From the IMG/VR virus record IMGVR_UViG_3300005083_000010: a stretch of 64,000 nt of DNA; one strand, written 5' to 3'. Made by a program: the position numbers and the translations under genes. The notes beneath the pieces were generated by a model that did no database searches, was not told the origin of the DNA, and saw only the letters and a list, made by a program, of their open reading frames with translations. This stretch comes from an uncultured virus (IMG/VR IMGVR_UViG_3300005083_000010). Taxonomy: Duplodnaviria > Heunggongvirae > Uroviricota > Caudoviricetes. This document shows, in pieces, positions 37,635 through 47,593 of the stretch; position 1 is the stretch's first letter, and the number at the start of each line of letters is the position of its first letter.

Positions 37635-39881
37635 TTACTGCCCCCTTTGCGCCATGCGTTCCGCAAGGCTTATAGCACCCATCTCCTTTGTCGTTCTGTC
37701 CTTCGACTGTTGCGCCATCATCTTTGCCTGCGCCGACATCGCCACTTGCTTCTCCATGCTCTGGTTCTGCGCCGCTATCTTCTGCAAACTTGCTTGATCT
37801 TTAGCCTGTTGCAGCGCTTGTTCGGCTTGCTGTTGCGTCTGCTGTGCCTGTTGCTCCGCTTGTGCCTGCGCTTGCCTCATCTGCTGCACTTCCGCGACTA
37901 TTTCCTCTATCGGCGGGAACTTGCCCGTATCTATCGTCTTCCAGTATGCCTGCAACCCGATGAATCCCGCACCTATCAGGTTCGTCGCAAGGTTCGTGTA
38001 GTAGTTTCGGTCGGTGGGCTTCTCGTCCCTCACCTTCACCTTTATGTCAAACTCCGGTATAAATTCCTCAAGCTTCGGTATGCGATTGCCAAGCCCGTCC
38101 GTCACGTATTCGCCGTCCTCGCCTGTCTCGTAACTGCGCGTCCATGTCCGCACAAGCAACCGCCGGTTAAACGTCGCGGACTTCGGCGCGTCCTTCTTTG
38201 TCTTTACCTGCATGAGCAGCTGCATTATCGCTTGCAGCTGTTGGTATGGATCCGTGCCTTGCGGCATGTTGGCTATCTCAAGCAGCTTTGCGTATGCCTG
38301 ATCCTTCGCGTTGGCAAGCTGTCTGTTCCCAAGCACCCTGTATGTCCTGTCCTCCGTGTAAAACTGCGCTATTCGGCTTATAACCATCTTCGCCATCTCG
38401 ATTAAGAAGTCCTCAAGCACCGCAAGCTTTAGCTTCGTCAGCCTGTCCCCGCGTTCCCCAAGCTCCTGTATTGACGCGTACGGCACGTTCGCACCCGGTG
38501 ATATACCCCGCTGTATGTCCGTGTTCTGGCTTGTCGCGTCTATCATCTCGCGCTTGTATTCCTTGTACTGCGTGAAGTATGAGGGTATCTGCGTGACCGG
38601 TCGCGGCTGTAAGCCGTTTATGTCGTTCACTTCTATGTACATGTTAGGCTTCGCCTGATTCTCAACAAGCTCATCTCTTTGAGACGCCGATAACGCCCCG
38701 CGCTGATAAAACCCGCCGCCTAAGCCCGTTGACAGCATTGCCCCAAGCTCTATCTCGTCCGCCTTGTTGTGCAGTATCTGCGGTATCACTACGTTCCGTA
38801 TCTCACCCATGCCCCACGGCTGCTTCTCGTCCGCGTGAAGCACCTTGAAGATAAACGGATACAAGCCGTCCTCGTACACGTACGGCACATAGTCAAGCAG
38901 CACCCCGCCCGCTTTGTATGCACAATGTACGCCCGTCAGTATGCCGTCTGCCATATCCCGCCATTCCTGCGCCTTGTACGGCAGATTGTCCGCCTCCGCT
39001 TCTTCCGCTCTGCGCTTGAACTCCTTCTTCCACTCGTCCGGCACAAACGCAGGCACTCCCTTGTGAAAGTGCGTTATCAGCGTCGCCTGTTTGGGATCCG
39101 CGCCCTCGTTGCCCATGCCCTTCTCAAGGTCAAGCATGTCCTCGATTACATACTTCCCGCGTTCCTCCCATTGCTCCGCAAACCACGCAAGCTTCTTTCG
39201 CTCTTTTATGTTGATAAAACTGCATTCTTGAAGTCTTTCCTCTAAGTCCAATATCGCGGGATCCGGATAGAATTGGCTCTTTTTCATCGCTTGTATGCGG
39301 ACTTCGCCTATCCACCTGTCAGGACCCGCACCGCCTATCCAGTTGTTGTCCCACGGCACGTAACCGATGAACGGTCCGTATTGTATGCCTTGCAGCACTA
39401 TCTTCTTCCATTGGCTCTTGAATCCGTTCTTGTCCAATAGATACGCAAGCAAATCGTTCAGCGCCCCCGCCGCTATTCCGTCCTCCGGCTCCACGCCCTG
39501 TATGTCAAACTCCGGCACGCTCGACGTCAGCGCCGCCGTCATGTTCAGCACCATCGGGAATACAAGATTGTCCTCTGAATTGAAATTGCGCTTGCGCCCT
39601 TCCGTGGATCGCGGTCCCTTTGACGTCTCCCATTGCTTCCCGCCGCCTTGGAATATCTTGTACTCGTCGTCCCAATCGCGCTCAACCTTCGTCCGCGTTC
39701 CACCCTCCGCGTACGTCTGTGCCATCTCTATCCGACCCACAAGCTCATCTTCCTCCGCGCTGTTGTGCGTGGAAAAATACTCGCGCTCCGACTTGTCGCC
39801 GCGTGCCGCCCTCACCTTGTCGAACGCCTTGCCGCCATGTTCGTGTTTCTTGCCGCCCCGGGAATCATCATCAAATGCCAC
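37635..39881 (-). CDS. Portal protein
   Basis: Size, position after TerL, FYPDP, PWGMGE..PQ..N, Gln-rich barrel tail. Confidence 0.85.
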   Translation of the reverse strand: MAFDDDSRGGKKHEHGGKAFDKVRAARGDKSEREYFSTHNSAEEDELVGRIEMAQTYAEGGTRTKVERDWDDEYKIFQGGGKQWETSKGPRSTEGRKRNFNSEDNLVFPMVLNMTAALTSSVPEFDIQGVEPEDGIAAGALNDLLAYLLDKNGFKSQWKKIVLQGIQYGPFIGYVPWDNNWIGGAGPDRWIGEVRIQAMKKSQFYPDPAILDLEERLQECSFINIKERKKLAWFAEQWEERGKYVIEDMLDLEKGMGNEGADPKQATLITHFHKGVPAFVPDEWKKEFKRRAEEAEADNLPYKAQEWRDMADGILTGVHCAYKAGGVLLDYVPYVYEDGLYPFIFKVLHADEKQPWGMGEIRNVVIPQILHNKADEIELGAMLSTGLGGGFYQRGALSASQRDELVENQAKPNMYIEVNDINGLQPRPVTQIPSYFTQYKEYKREMIDATSQNTDIQRGISPGANVPYASIQELGERGDRLTKLKLAVLEDFLIEMAKMVISRIAQFYTEDRTYRVLGNRQLANAKDQAYAKLLEIANMPQGTDPYQQLQAIMQLLMQVKTKKDAPKSATFNRRLLVRTWTRSYETGEDGEYVTDGLGNRIPKLEEFIPEFDIKVKVRDEKPTDRNYYTNLATNLIGAGFIGLQAYWKTIDTGKFPPIEEIVAEVQQMRQAQAQAEQQAQQTQQQAEQALQQAKDQASLQKIAAQNQSMEKQVAMSAQAKMMAQQSKDRTTKEMGAISLAERMAQRGQ

Positions 39882-39895
39882 CGAATCCCCCTCCT

Positions 39896-40138
39896 TCAAT
39901 CAAAGAACGCGTGTTCGCGCTTCTCTTCCTTTACAGGCGTCGGGTATATCCCCTTCGCTCTGCGTATCAGGCTGTACGTCCGCTTTACCGCTTTCGCCGC
40001 CACCGCTTGCGGCGCGTCCGGCGCGGGCTGTTGCAGCGCTTTGCCTATGCGTATACCCCATTGCAGAAACACGCACGCACCTGTCGCAAACACCAACGCG
40101 AACGCTATAAAGACTAAAAACCCGTAACCATCACCCAT
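39896..40138 (-). CDS. Small membrane protein
   Basis: Single TM; preceded by TTGCGC-16-TATAAT promoter. Confidence 0.55.
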   Translation of the reverse strand: MGDGYGFLVFIAFALVFATGACVFLQWGIRIGKALQQPAPDAPQAVAAKAVKRTYSLIRRAKGIYPTPVKEEKREHAFFD

Positions 40139-40189
40139 ATCTTGCGTCCTCCTGCCCTCATTATACCACATATGGTATTTTGCGCAATG

Positions 40190-42085
40190 TCAATCGAACG
40201 GATTCAGCCGCGATTCCGTCGCCCCGACCCGCGCCTCCGTGTCCCTGTCGAAACTCCCACGCTCCCGCCATACCACCGCCTCCGCTTCAAAGCTTTGGTG
40301 CCGCCGTACCTCGCTCGCTATCATGTCCGCGAACAGCACGTCGTCATGTTTCCCCGGCATTGCGTCAGGTCTACCCTTCGCGTCCCTCACGAATGTCAAG
40401 CACTCCTGCAACATCGTTATGTCGTTGAACAGGTCTATGTTGTTCTCTATCAGCGCTATCTCTTTGTCTATGATTAGCGGGCGCGTGTTCCCGTCCGTCT
40501 TCCACCCGTGCGCCGCCTTGTACTCTCCCGTCATGTCGTCGTACCGCCTCCGCTGATACTGTCGCGGATAGTGCAGCCGCTCCAATTCCTCTATCGGCGC
40601 CGTGTTGAAATTCATCTCTATCGCTATTAACGCCATCTGATAAAACCACCCCAGACAATACACCTGCCATGTGTACGGCTTGCTGTGCGTCCAGTTCCCG
40701 TGCAGCACCGCCGCCCGGTTACCCGTCACGTTGTTTATCACCACCGCCGCGTACTTGTCGCTGTTCGCGCTCTCGCCCTTCGTGTCCCCGCCTATCACGT
40801 ACGGCACGTTCTCTTGTGGGTATTCGTATATCGTCGTGTGTCCGTTCTTGTCCTCCCTGAACCGTATCGTCGGTCGCCTTATCGCGTTCTCCGTCTCCGC
40901 GTCCTCCCAATCAAACGTGAAGTACCCCCGCTTCGGCGGCGCTTGCGCGTACTTCTGCCTTAACACCGTTATCCGCTTCTGTACCTTGTCGTTGTTGAAT
41001 ATCGGCGTCCCCGAGAATATGAACGCCTCCTCCGCGCAGCTTGGGTATTCCTGCTTCATCAGCGCTAAATCGCTCTTGTTGCTTACCTTGAATTGCCACA
41101 CCCACCACGCCACTTGCTCCGCCGTTAACCCGTACTCTATCACCGCGTTCGTTATGTATTCCTCCGCGTCCGCGTTGTCTAAACCCTTTATCAGCTCCAT
41201 CGTCGTCTTGTCCGTCGCCTGCCGGTAGTCCGCGTAGTCCCACCACGCGAAAAACATCGTGTCCCAGCCCCCGCCCTTCTGCGCGTCCGTCCATAACGTG
41301 TAGAAGTCGTTCAACCCGTTCGCCGTGCTCTCTATCACTACCTCCGTGTGCGGTAACGCAGGCACCGCCGCCATTATGCCCGCTAACTGCGTTAACGCAC
41401 TTTTCCCCTGCGGCGATTGCCAAAACCCAAACTCCGATAAGTGCGCGTACGCCACCGTGTCGCCGCGCCCTATGCCCACATCTCCCGCCGTCTGTATCGT
41501 TATCTTCGAGTTTAACCCCTTGCCCCCGCCCTTGTGTCCCGTCGGCACGTCAAACACTAACTCCGTCGCGTTCGACTTCTTCCGTAGCGGCTTTACTTCC
41601 TTCGCCATCATGTCGTACATGTACTTCGCCTTTGAAAATATCTTCCCCGTCGCGTCTGATGTGTGCGCCACTATCAACCCTACGCTGTTCTCCTTCGTCA
41701 CGCAGTTGTACATCATGCGCCCCTGCTCGTTCGTGCTCACACCCTCCTGCCGCGCCTTTAGGATTATCAGCCGCACCGGTCGCCCCGCTGCGTGCGTCGC
41801 CTCTATCCGCTCGTTTATCCGCCGCTGTATGTCGTTGTGTATCAAAGGCACCGTCGCACCGCTCTTGTCCACTATCTTTAAGTACCGCTCCGCAAACTTC
41901 CCGTAATCCTTTAATGCCTCGTATGCCTCCTGCTCGTCAAGCAATGCATACACTTCCTTTAGCCTCGCCTCGTACCGCCGACGCGCCTCCGGCTCCATGC
42001 GCGCTATCTCATCAGCCGTCTTTATCCCTACCCCCGCTATCCGCCTACTCGTCGTCCGCGTCGTCGTATTCGTCATCGTCGTCAT
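40190..42085 (-). CDS. terL: Terminase large subunit
   Basis: ILKARQEGVST Walker A, HLSEF Walker B, ESTANG, IGGDT, HDDVLFA; start uncertain. Confidence 0.93.
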   Translation of the reverse strand: MTTMTNTTTRTTSRRIAGVGIKTADEIARMEPEARRRYEARLKEVYALLDEQEAYEALKDYGKFAERYLKIVDKSGATVPLIHNDIQRRINERIEATHAAGRPVRLIILKARQEGVSTNEQGRMMYNCVTKENSVGLIVAHTSDATGKIFSKAKYMYDMMAKEVKPLRKKSNATELVFDVPTGHKGGGKGLNSKITIQTAGDVGIGRGDTVAYAHLSEFGFWQSPQGKSALTQLAGIMAAVPALPHTEVVIESTANGLNDFYTLWTDAQKGGGWDTMFFAWWDYADYRQATDKTTMELIKGLDNADAEEYITNAVIEYGLTAEQVAWWVWQFKVSNKSDLALMKQEYPSCAEEAFIFSGTPIFNNDKVQKRITVLRQKYAQAPPKRGYFTFDWEDAETENAIRRPTIRFREDKNGHTTIYEYPQENVPYVIGGDTKGESANSDKYAAVVINNVTGNRAAVLHGNWTHSKPYTWQVYCLGWFYQMALIAIEMNFNTAPIEELERLHYPRQYQRRRYDDMTGEYKAAHGWKTDGNTRPLIIDKEIALIENNIDLFNDITMLQECLTFVRDAKGRPDAMPGKHDDVLFADMIASEVRRHQSFEAEAVVWRERGSFDRDTEARVGATESRLNPFD

Positions 42086-43070
42086 AGCACACATCTCCTT
42101 CCGCGTCATCATCAGCGTCATCGTCATCGCCATCGTCTGCGTCATCATCGTCATCGTCCGCGTCCTCGCCATCGTCTGCGTCATCGTCGTCGTACTCGTC
42201 GTCGTCGTACACTAACTCGAAATCCCCGTCCGCTGTCTCTATCAGCCGCCCTTCCCGCTTGCTCGCACCTTCGCCCGCTCCCTGCACCCCCGCAGGCAAA
42301 CACCTCTGCCCCCCGTTTACCGTGTACGCTGTGTCTGCCGTGTTCGCCCCGTGGGTGTAGGTAGTATCTCCTGCGTATACCCCTTGCGGATTATCCTCCG
42401 AGCAGCTTGTGTCGTTTGCCGAGCAGCTTGTGGCATTTGCCCCGTGCGCACCTTGCGCGTTGCCGCTTTCTCCCCCGCTTGCCCCTCGCGCGTCGCCGCT
42501 GTCCACTTCCTCGTACTCCACTTCCTCGTACTCCGCCTCCGTCACAAGCTCCGACAACAACTCGTTCAACCGCCGCTCCCTCGCCTCCGCCGCTTCCTCC
42601 GTCATCTCTACCTTTACGTTCACTTGCGCCCCCACTTGCGCCTCCCGGTACTTCTCCGGTAATGCCCCCTTTAGCAAAAATTGTAATAAGCTGTCGCTGT
42701 ATACCTTCTCTTCCCCTACCTTCTTCCCCTTGTACCATACCGGCGCCGAGTATCCTAACGCCCTCCGCCGTGCCTCCGTCTCAAGCGCGTGCGCCGCCAT
42801 CGTTAACGCCTCATCATAATCCGCCGCATACGCCCAGTCGCTCCTTAACCATTCCTTGTGCTGCCTTACACTTACTCCCGATACCACCGAAGCCCCACTC
42901 GTGTTCCCCGTCTCCGCTATCCCTACCAAATACGCCATCTTCTCCGGCTCGTGCTTGTATCTGTCCGCCCATTGAAATCGGTACATCTCATACCGTTCCT
43001 CGTTCTTCTTCACCGCCCGCTCTATCATGCCCTTGCTCGATATTAACGGCATTTCTTCACTACCTCCCAT
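42045..43070 (-). CDS. terS: Terminase small subunit with acidic tail
   Basis: ALETEARRRALG..YSDSLLQFLLKG..PEKYRE. Confidence 0.85.
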   Translation of the reverse strand: MGGSEEMPLISSKGMIERAVKKNEERYEMYRFQWADRYKHEPEKMAYLVGIAETGNTSGASVVSGVSVRQHKEWLRSDWAYAADYDEALTMAAHALETEARRRALGYSAPVWYKGKKVGEEKVYSDSLLQFLLKGALPEKYREAQVGAQVNVKVEMTEEAAEARERRLNELLSELVTEAEYEEVEYEEVDSGDARGASGGESGNAQGAHGANATSCSANDTSCSEDNPQGVYAGDTTYTHGANTADTAYTVNGGQRCLPAGVQGAGEGASKREGRLIETADGDFELVYDDDEYDDDDADDGEDADDDDDDADDGDDDDADDDAEGDVCYDDDDEYDDADDE

Positions 43071-43224
43071 CTTCTTGGTTTAGAAGATTGACCTTGCCTG
43101 ACCTTCCTATACCCCCATTGTAGCACATCTGTTCCGTCTTGTCTGCATGGCTTAAACCTCTCTCCGTAGACGCTTTGCCGCCTATGTCACCTATAACGGT
43201 GTCCGTATGCTTTATCCGTATATC

Positions 43225-43348
43225 CGTTTACTTTATATTCGTAATCGTTTACTTTATACTTGTAACCGTTTACTTTATATCATTAACATACTTAATAACC
43301 TAAATCGTTTACTTTATATCCTTAATAACCTAAATCATTTACTTTATA
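43225..43348. repeat. Five CRTTTACTTTATA direct repeats
   Basis: Starts at 43225, 43246, 43267, 43306, 43336. Confidence 0.9.
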
Positions 43349-43703
43349 GCCTAAAGCGTTTATTGTGTTAATCCCTTCAACCCTTCAACCTTATACCTCC
43401 CCCTCCTTAATCCCCCCCACTTTAATCCCCCATTAGCCCCTCGCCCCATATGCTTGGTAGGTGCCCATGCTCCTATGTACTTTTATACGTGGGAACTTCC
43501 TTTGACCACCTCCGCGCGAGACGCCGCCCGCCGAAGCCGCCTACCACCCCCCGCCTCGGAAAAACCCCACCCCCCTTGAAATCCGCTCTGGAACCGCACT
43601 CCGACACGCGGCGCTGTCATATCGCGCGGCGCTCTGCGATACATACACACATATCACAACAACAATCCGCGCATACATCAGGAGCGCGGACGCGGGCAAA
43701 GGT

Positions 43704-43836
43704 TAACCGGCACGGAGGCTTGACGGCACGGNNNNNNNNNNNNNNNNNNNNNNNNNNNNNNNNNNNNNNNNNNNNNNNNNNNNNNNNNNNNNNNNNNNNN
43801 NNNNNNNNNNNNTTGACGGCACGGAGGCTTGACGGC
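43704..43836. repeat. 16-bp tandem repeat TTGACGGCACGGAGGC spanning an assembly gap
   Basis: Same unit on both sides of the N run. Confidence 0.8.
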
Positions 43837-43964
43837 GCCACGGCTCACCAGACGCGCGGGAACGGCTCTTAAACCGCTCCGAAGCGGGAAAAGGTATCAG
43901 GATATTACCCGAACGGATTAACGGCTTAAATCGGCAAATAGACGGCATAGCGTTGACGCAAAGG

Positions 43965-44031
43965 CATAGCGGAGTGTCAGCGGAGGCATAGCGGAGTGTC
44001 AGCGGAGGCACAGCGGAGTGTCAGCGGAGGC
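43965..44031. repeat. 22-bp tandem repeat GCGGAGTGTCAGCGGAGGCAYA, about three copies
   Basis: Read directly. Confidence 0.85.
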
Positions 44032-44210
44032 GCGACAGCACATCAGCACATCGGCGCGGCGGGCGCATAAAGCAAGCAGCCCCGGGCGGGCGGAGAGAGG
44101 GAAAAAAGGTTAAAACCCGCTTGAAATAGCATGTTTCACGACTTGTTAAAGATTTATCAATTCTCAAAAACAAGTGTTTTTGAGAAAACGCAAAATTGGA
44201 AATTTTCGAG

Positions 44211-44490
44211 AATGCCACAAATGCCACAAAAAGGCACACTACCAAAAACCTCAAAAACCGCTTAAATACTATATTTTAACCTTAATGTGGCATTTGTGGC
44301 ATTTGTGCCTTACTCAAAAACTTTTTATATGAAAGGATAATAATGGTAATTATTTATTTATAAATTCCCTATTTTTTTCCTTTTCTATATACTTTATATG
44401 TACTATGCCACTATTGCCACACAATTCCGGGCAAACCCGCGCCACGACTGGGCGGGAAGGCGTGGCATGGGCAAAAATAAAATGCCACGC
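44211..44490. other. Candidate replication origin: TGCCAC/GTGGCA iterons around an AT-rich core
   Basis: About nine iterons in both orientations, several as pairs 9 bp apart; AT-rich 44320-44400. Confidence 0.55.
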
Positions 44491-44704
44491 CTCTGACCTT
44501 CTCTGACCAAACTTCAAACCCGCTCACCGCCTGCGTTTTCGGGTTTTTTGGAAATAAATCCAAGGAAAATTTGTCAATATCTCTCAAATGTCATATAATG
44601 TATACTTATATATCCTTATATCTCCAAACATGGTAATTCGGCAAAACGAAAAAGCCGGTCAAGGCAAGACCGGCTCGGGCTGATAGATGTATGCGTTAAC
44701 GTGG

Positions 44705-45019
44705 TTATCCTCCGTAGGTATCTTGGACATATGCGGGCAAGTCTGCGGGAGACATGCCGTCAGCGACCCACTTATAAGCCTCATCGGACATATCAGTAAT
44801 GCGCACGATGGTATCATCGGGCATGTTGGAGAGAGTGTTATAGCGATGACCGCCTGAGAGTAGGCATAGGCACTCACCGTCGTCGTAATAGCACAAGCCG
44901 TATGCGTCGTCGAGCTCCAAGCAATAATCGGCGTTGAGTGTCTCACGGTGATAGGTGATACCGTAACCGTCGTATAGCTTAGAGCGGATACAGCCCCACG
45001 TAGTGGTAGTGGTATACAT
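44705..45019 (-). CDS. Hypothetical acidic protein
   Basis: AAGGAGG RBS before MYTTTTTW. Confidence 0.6.
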   Translation of the reverse strand: MYTTTTTWGCIRSKLYDGYGITYHRETLNADYCLELDDAYGLCYYDDGECLCLLSGGHRYNTLSNMPDDTIVRITDMSDEAYKWVADGMSPADLPAYVQDTYGG

Positions 45020-45032
45020 CGTGATAACCTCC

Positions 45033-45341
45033 TTATAATATGTCATCAAGGCATATATCGTCGATAACGGCGCCGGCGGTGTCGGCGTCGTGGCTGTGTG
45101 CGTCAATGGTGCGGGCGTCATCGGGCGCAATTACAAGCCTTATTGCGCCGGAAAGCTCCAGATACACATGATAAGACGCGTCAAGTGCGGCGGCAATAGC
45201 GGACAATTCCGCGATTGTAAAGGTATCACGCTTGAGTTTCTGGTTAAAATTTGCGGGCGTCATGCCTATAGCGCGGGCAAGATTAGCTTGACTAATATTG
45301 CGGTAAGCGCAGGCGGTTTTGATAGCTGTTTCTGTCGTCAC
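45033..45341 (-). CDS. XRE-like HTH regulator
   Basis: ISQANLARAIGMTPANFNQKLKR. Confidence 0.8.
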   Translation of the reverse strand: MTTETAIKTACAYRNISQANLARAIGMTPANFNQKLKRDTFTIAELSAIAAALDASYHVYLELSGAIRLVIAPDDARTIDAHSHDADTAGAVIDDICLDDIL

Positions 45342-45585
45342 GGGTTAATCCTCCTATCTAATAGTGATGATAGCAGTATAACACGCTCATGTGTATGTTG
45401 TCAAGCCTTATATTAGCGTTATTAATTAATATCTTAATTAATTCAAAAAATCTATTAATAAAATTAATAATAATCTATTGGCATTATTAAGCGATTGCTT
45501 TATACTATTAAGCAAGAAGTAGATGAACTTTGACAACAAGATACCGGCAAGAGGCGGTTGAGAAGTCAACCGCCGCCGTCAGCAG

Positions 45586-45801
45586 TCAACCGTCGTCGAC
45601 ATGCTCCATGATGTCAGCGGGCTGACAATGGAGAGCTGTGCATATCTTATCAAGCATGTCCGTAGTAAGGTTATCATGCTTGCTAAGCTTAGCCAGAGTG
45701 GTAGTTGATATATCTGCGAGCTTAAGCAACTCCATTTTTTTGACGCCGCGCCGGTTGAGCAAGTCAAAGAGCTTGTAGTATTTGATAGCCATGCAATGCA
45801 C
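45586..45801 (-). CDS. Cro/C1-type HTH regulator (HTH_26-like)
   Basis: IKYYKLFDLL..TLAKL..LDKICTALHCQPADIME. Confidence 0.85.
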   Translation of the reverse strand: MHCMAIKYYKLFDLLNRRGVKKMELLKLADISTTTLAKLSKHDNLTTDMLDKICTALHCQPADIMEHVDDG

Positions 45802-45882
45802 CTCCTACAAGCATTTTAGCGCAATTAAGTCACTGTGGCAAGAAATATTTATGAAAATTCAGAAATTTTTTTGAAAAAGGTA

Positions 45883-45916
45883 TTGACAAGTTAAACATGT
45901 TTACCGATAATATAAT
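45883..45916 (+). promoter_or_regulatory. Early operon sigma-A promoter with palindrome TAAACATGTTTA in the spacer
   Basis: TTGACA-17-GATAAT, AT-rich UP region. Confidence 0.7.
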
Positions 45917-45979
45917 TGTGAGAACGCAGAAATAATTATTTAAGCAAATAATAAATTATGAAAGAGAGAGGGAAAGACG

Positions 45980-46357
45980 ATGACAACAACAGAGATAAGG
46001 AAAGAACTTGAAACCCGTAAAGACCGGAGCGCATGGAACAAAGGCGTAACGGTATACGCTTTGGAGCTGATAGACAGCTTAGAGGAAAACGACGTCACGG
46101 AGCTAACCGGAGCGCCTGCGGACAGGCAGGAAATGTTAAACGGCGCCAAGGACTGGGCGCAATACTCATGGGGAGGCTGTGCGCTTATCTATGATGAGGA
46201 CATCGCGACGCGGTTATGCACGGCGTCGGAGCTTAAGCGCACGGCGCACGGCGCACGGCGCCCAAACGCGCGGGAAGAATGGCTTGACGTTCAGGCGCGG
46301 GCGTTATATCAGGCGGCATACAGGATTTTATGGTTGGCGAAGGCGGGAGGCAAATGA
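45980..46357 (+). CDS. Phage early protein of unknown function
   Basis: First gene after the promoter; RSAWNKGV..NGAKDW..YSWGG. Confidence 0.75.
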   Translation: MTTTEIRKELETRKDRSAWNKGVTVYALELIDSLEENDVTELTGAPADRQEMLNGAKDWAQYSWGGCALIYDEDIATRLCTASELKRTAHGARRPNAREEWLDVQARALYQAAYRILWLAKAGGK

Positions 46358-46485
46358 CAATTCTTGAAGTGGCGGCGGTACTACTACCGCCGATTGGGTT
46401 TACGGTGGCGGCGTTTATAGCCGCGCACGTGATAGTAGAATCGGGTATCAGAAAATATGGCGCGAAAGCGGACAAGGAGGATTAA
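46354..46485 (+). CDS. Small membrane protein (43 aa)
   Basis: Own translation MTILEVAAVLLPPIGFTVAAFIAAHVIV; GGAGG RBS, ATGA overlap. Confidence 0.55.
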   Translation: MTILEVAAVLLPPIGFTVAAFIAAHVIVESGIRKYGAKADKED

Positions 46486-46489
46486 GACA

Positions 46490-46741
46490 ATGGCAACAAC
46501 AATGGCAAGGCGCCCGATACCGGCGCCGATAATCGCGGGTTATGACCGCCCGAACGACGGAAAGGCGCGTGAAGTGTTTTACCAACACGCGGAGACAAGC
46601 GATGTAACCTACAATCTGGACAAGGCGCTTGCGTGGTATAGCAACGGCGCGTCGGTGCTTGTATGGAATCCGGTTATCGGGATGCCTGTACAAAACACGG
46701 ACAGGCGTGAGACGTGGGTACACGAGATAACCTTATATTAA
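46490..46741 (+). CDS. Small early protein
   Basis: AGGAGG RBS. Confidence 0.65.
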   Translation: MATTMARRPIPAPIIAGYDRPNDGKAREVFYQHAETSDVTYNLDKALAWYSNGASVLVWNPVIGMPVQNTDRRETWVHEITLY

Positions 46742-46743
46742 GC

Positions 46744-46813
46744 GCCGAAACGGCGGGGAGAAAGCCCGCCGTCTGCGGGAGAGTGGCACTCACCGCACCG
46801 ATGAGGCAAGCCA
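46744..46813 (+). ncRNA. Type II hammerhead ribozyme (CCGAUGA core variant, loop I pseudoknot), copy 1
   Basis: GCC-GAAA-C-GGCGGG/CCCGCC-GUC-UGCGG/CCGCA-CCGAUGA-GGC; loop UGGC complementary to 3' GCCA. Confidence 0.85.
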
Positions 46814-46844
46814 AAATAACAATAACATAGGAGGGCTTAAGGAC

Positions 46845-47066
46845 ATGACGATGAGACGAACCCACGCAGTATCATGCGACGGAAACGGTTTATGGTATGC
46901 ACACAAGGTAGGTTTTCCGCATATTCCACTTGCCGGCTCATTTAGCCGGCGCCGAGCGGACGCGGAAAAGCTTGCGGCGGCAATGCAGGCGATACCGGTA
47001 CAAGAGTGGCGCAAGCTGCGAGACCAAGCCAAGTACCGGAATATATCAGGAGAGACTTTTAATTAA
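46845..47066 (+). CDS. Small early protein flanked by hammerheads
   Basis: AGGAGG RBS; 73 aa. Confidence 0.7.
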   Translation: MTMRRTHAVSCDGNGLWYAHKVGFPHIPLAGSFSRRRADAEKLAAAMQAIPVQEWRKLRDQAKYRNISGETFN

Positions 47067-47137
47067 GCCGAAACGGCGGGAGAGGAAACCCGCCGTCTGC
47101 GGGAGAGTGGCACTCACCGCACCGATGAGGCAAGCCA
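47067..47137 (+). ncRNA. Type II hammerhead ribozyme, copy 2
   Basis: Identical to copy 1 except the stem III loop. Confidence 0.85.
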
Positions 47138-47167
47138 AAATAACAATAACATAGGAGGATTAAGACA

Positions 47168-47590
47168 ATGGCAACAACAAAGACATGGCAAGTTACTATA
47201 GTGGAGACGCTCCGCAAAACGATAATGGTTGAAGCCGCGACGCGGGAGGACGCGCAAGACGCGGTAGAATCCGCGTGGCATGACGGCGACTATGTGTTAG
47301 ACGCCGATGATTTCAGCGATGTAGAGTTTTACACGGAGGAAGCGACCGACGACGCGGAGGAAATCGCGGAGACGCGAGCGGAGTTTGCGCGGGAATCCAA
47401 GGCGTCACGGATTGCGCGATTGTACCCTAACGCGACATGGGAAGCGGTTGACAAAGACAAATGCGCAGATTGTGAAAGGTTTTGTTCGAAGCACCGCTTC
47501 CTATACCGCGTTTTTGACGAATACGGGCTTATAGCGGTGTTAACTTCAAATGATTTTGGCTATGTGCCTGTTTGCGAAAGGGAGGATTAA
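47168..47590 (+). CDS. DpnD/PcfM-like protein
   Basis: VTIVETLRKTIMVEA..EDA..YVLDADDF..VEF. Confidence 0.7.
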   Translation: MATTKTWQVTIVETLRKTIMVEAATREDAQDAVESAWHDGDYVLDADDFSDVEFYTEEATDDAEEIAETRAEFARESKASRIARLYPNATWEAVDKDKCADCERFCSKHRFLYRVFDEYGLIAVLTSNDFGYVPVCERED

Positions 47591-47593
47591 GCT

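Noticed and set aside
16118..43123. Many long plus-strand ORFs in the track
   Set aside because: Antisense shadows of GC-rich minus-strand genes, lacking RBSs and motifs
43225..44031. CRISPR or mini-array
   Set aside because: Repeats are short or tandem without unique, regularly sized spacers; no cas operon
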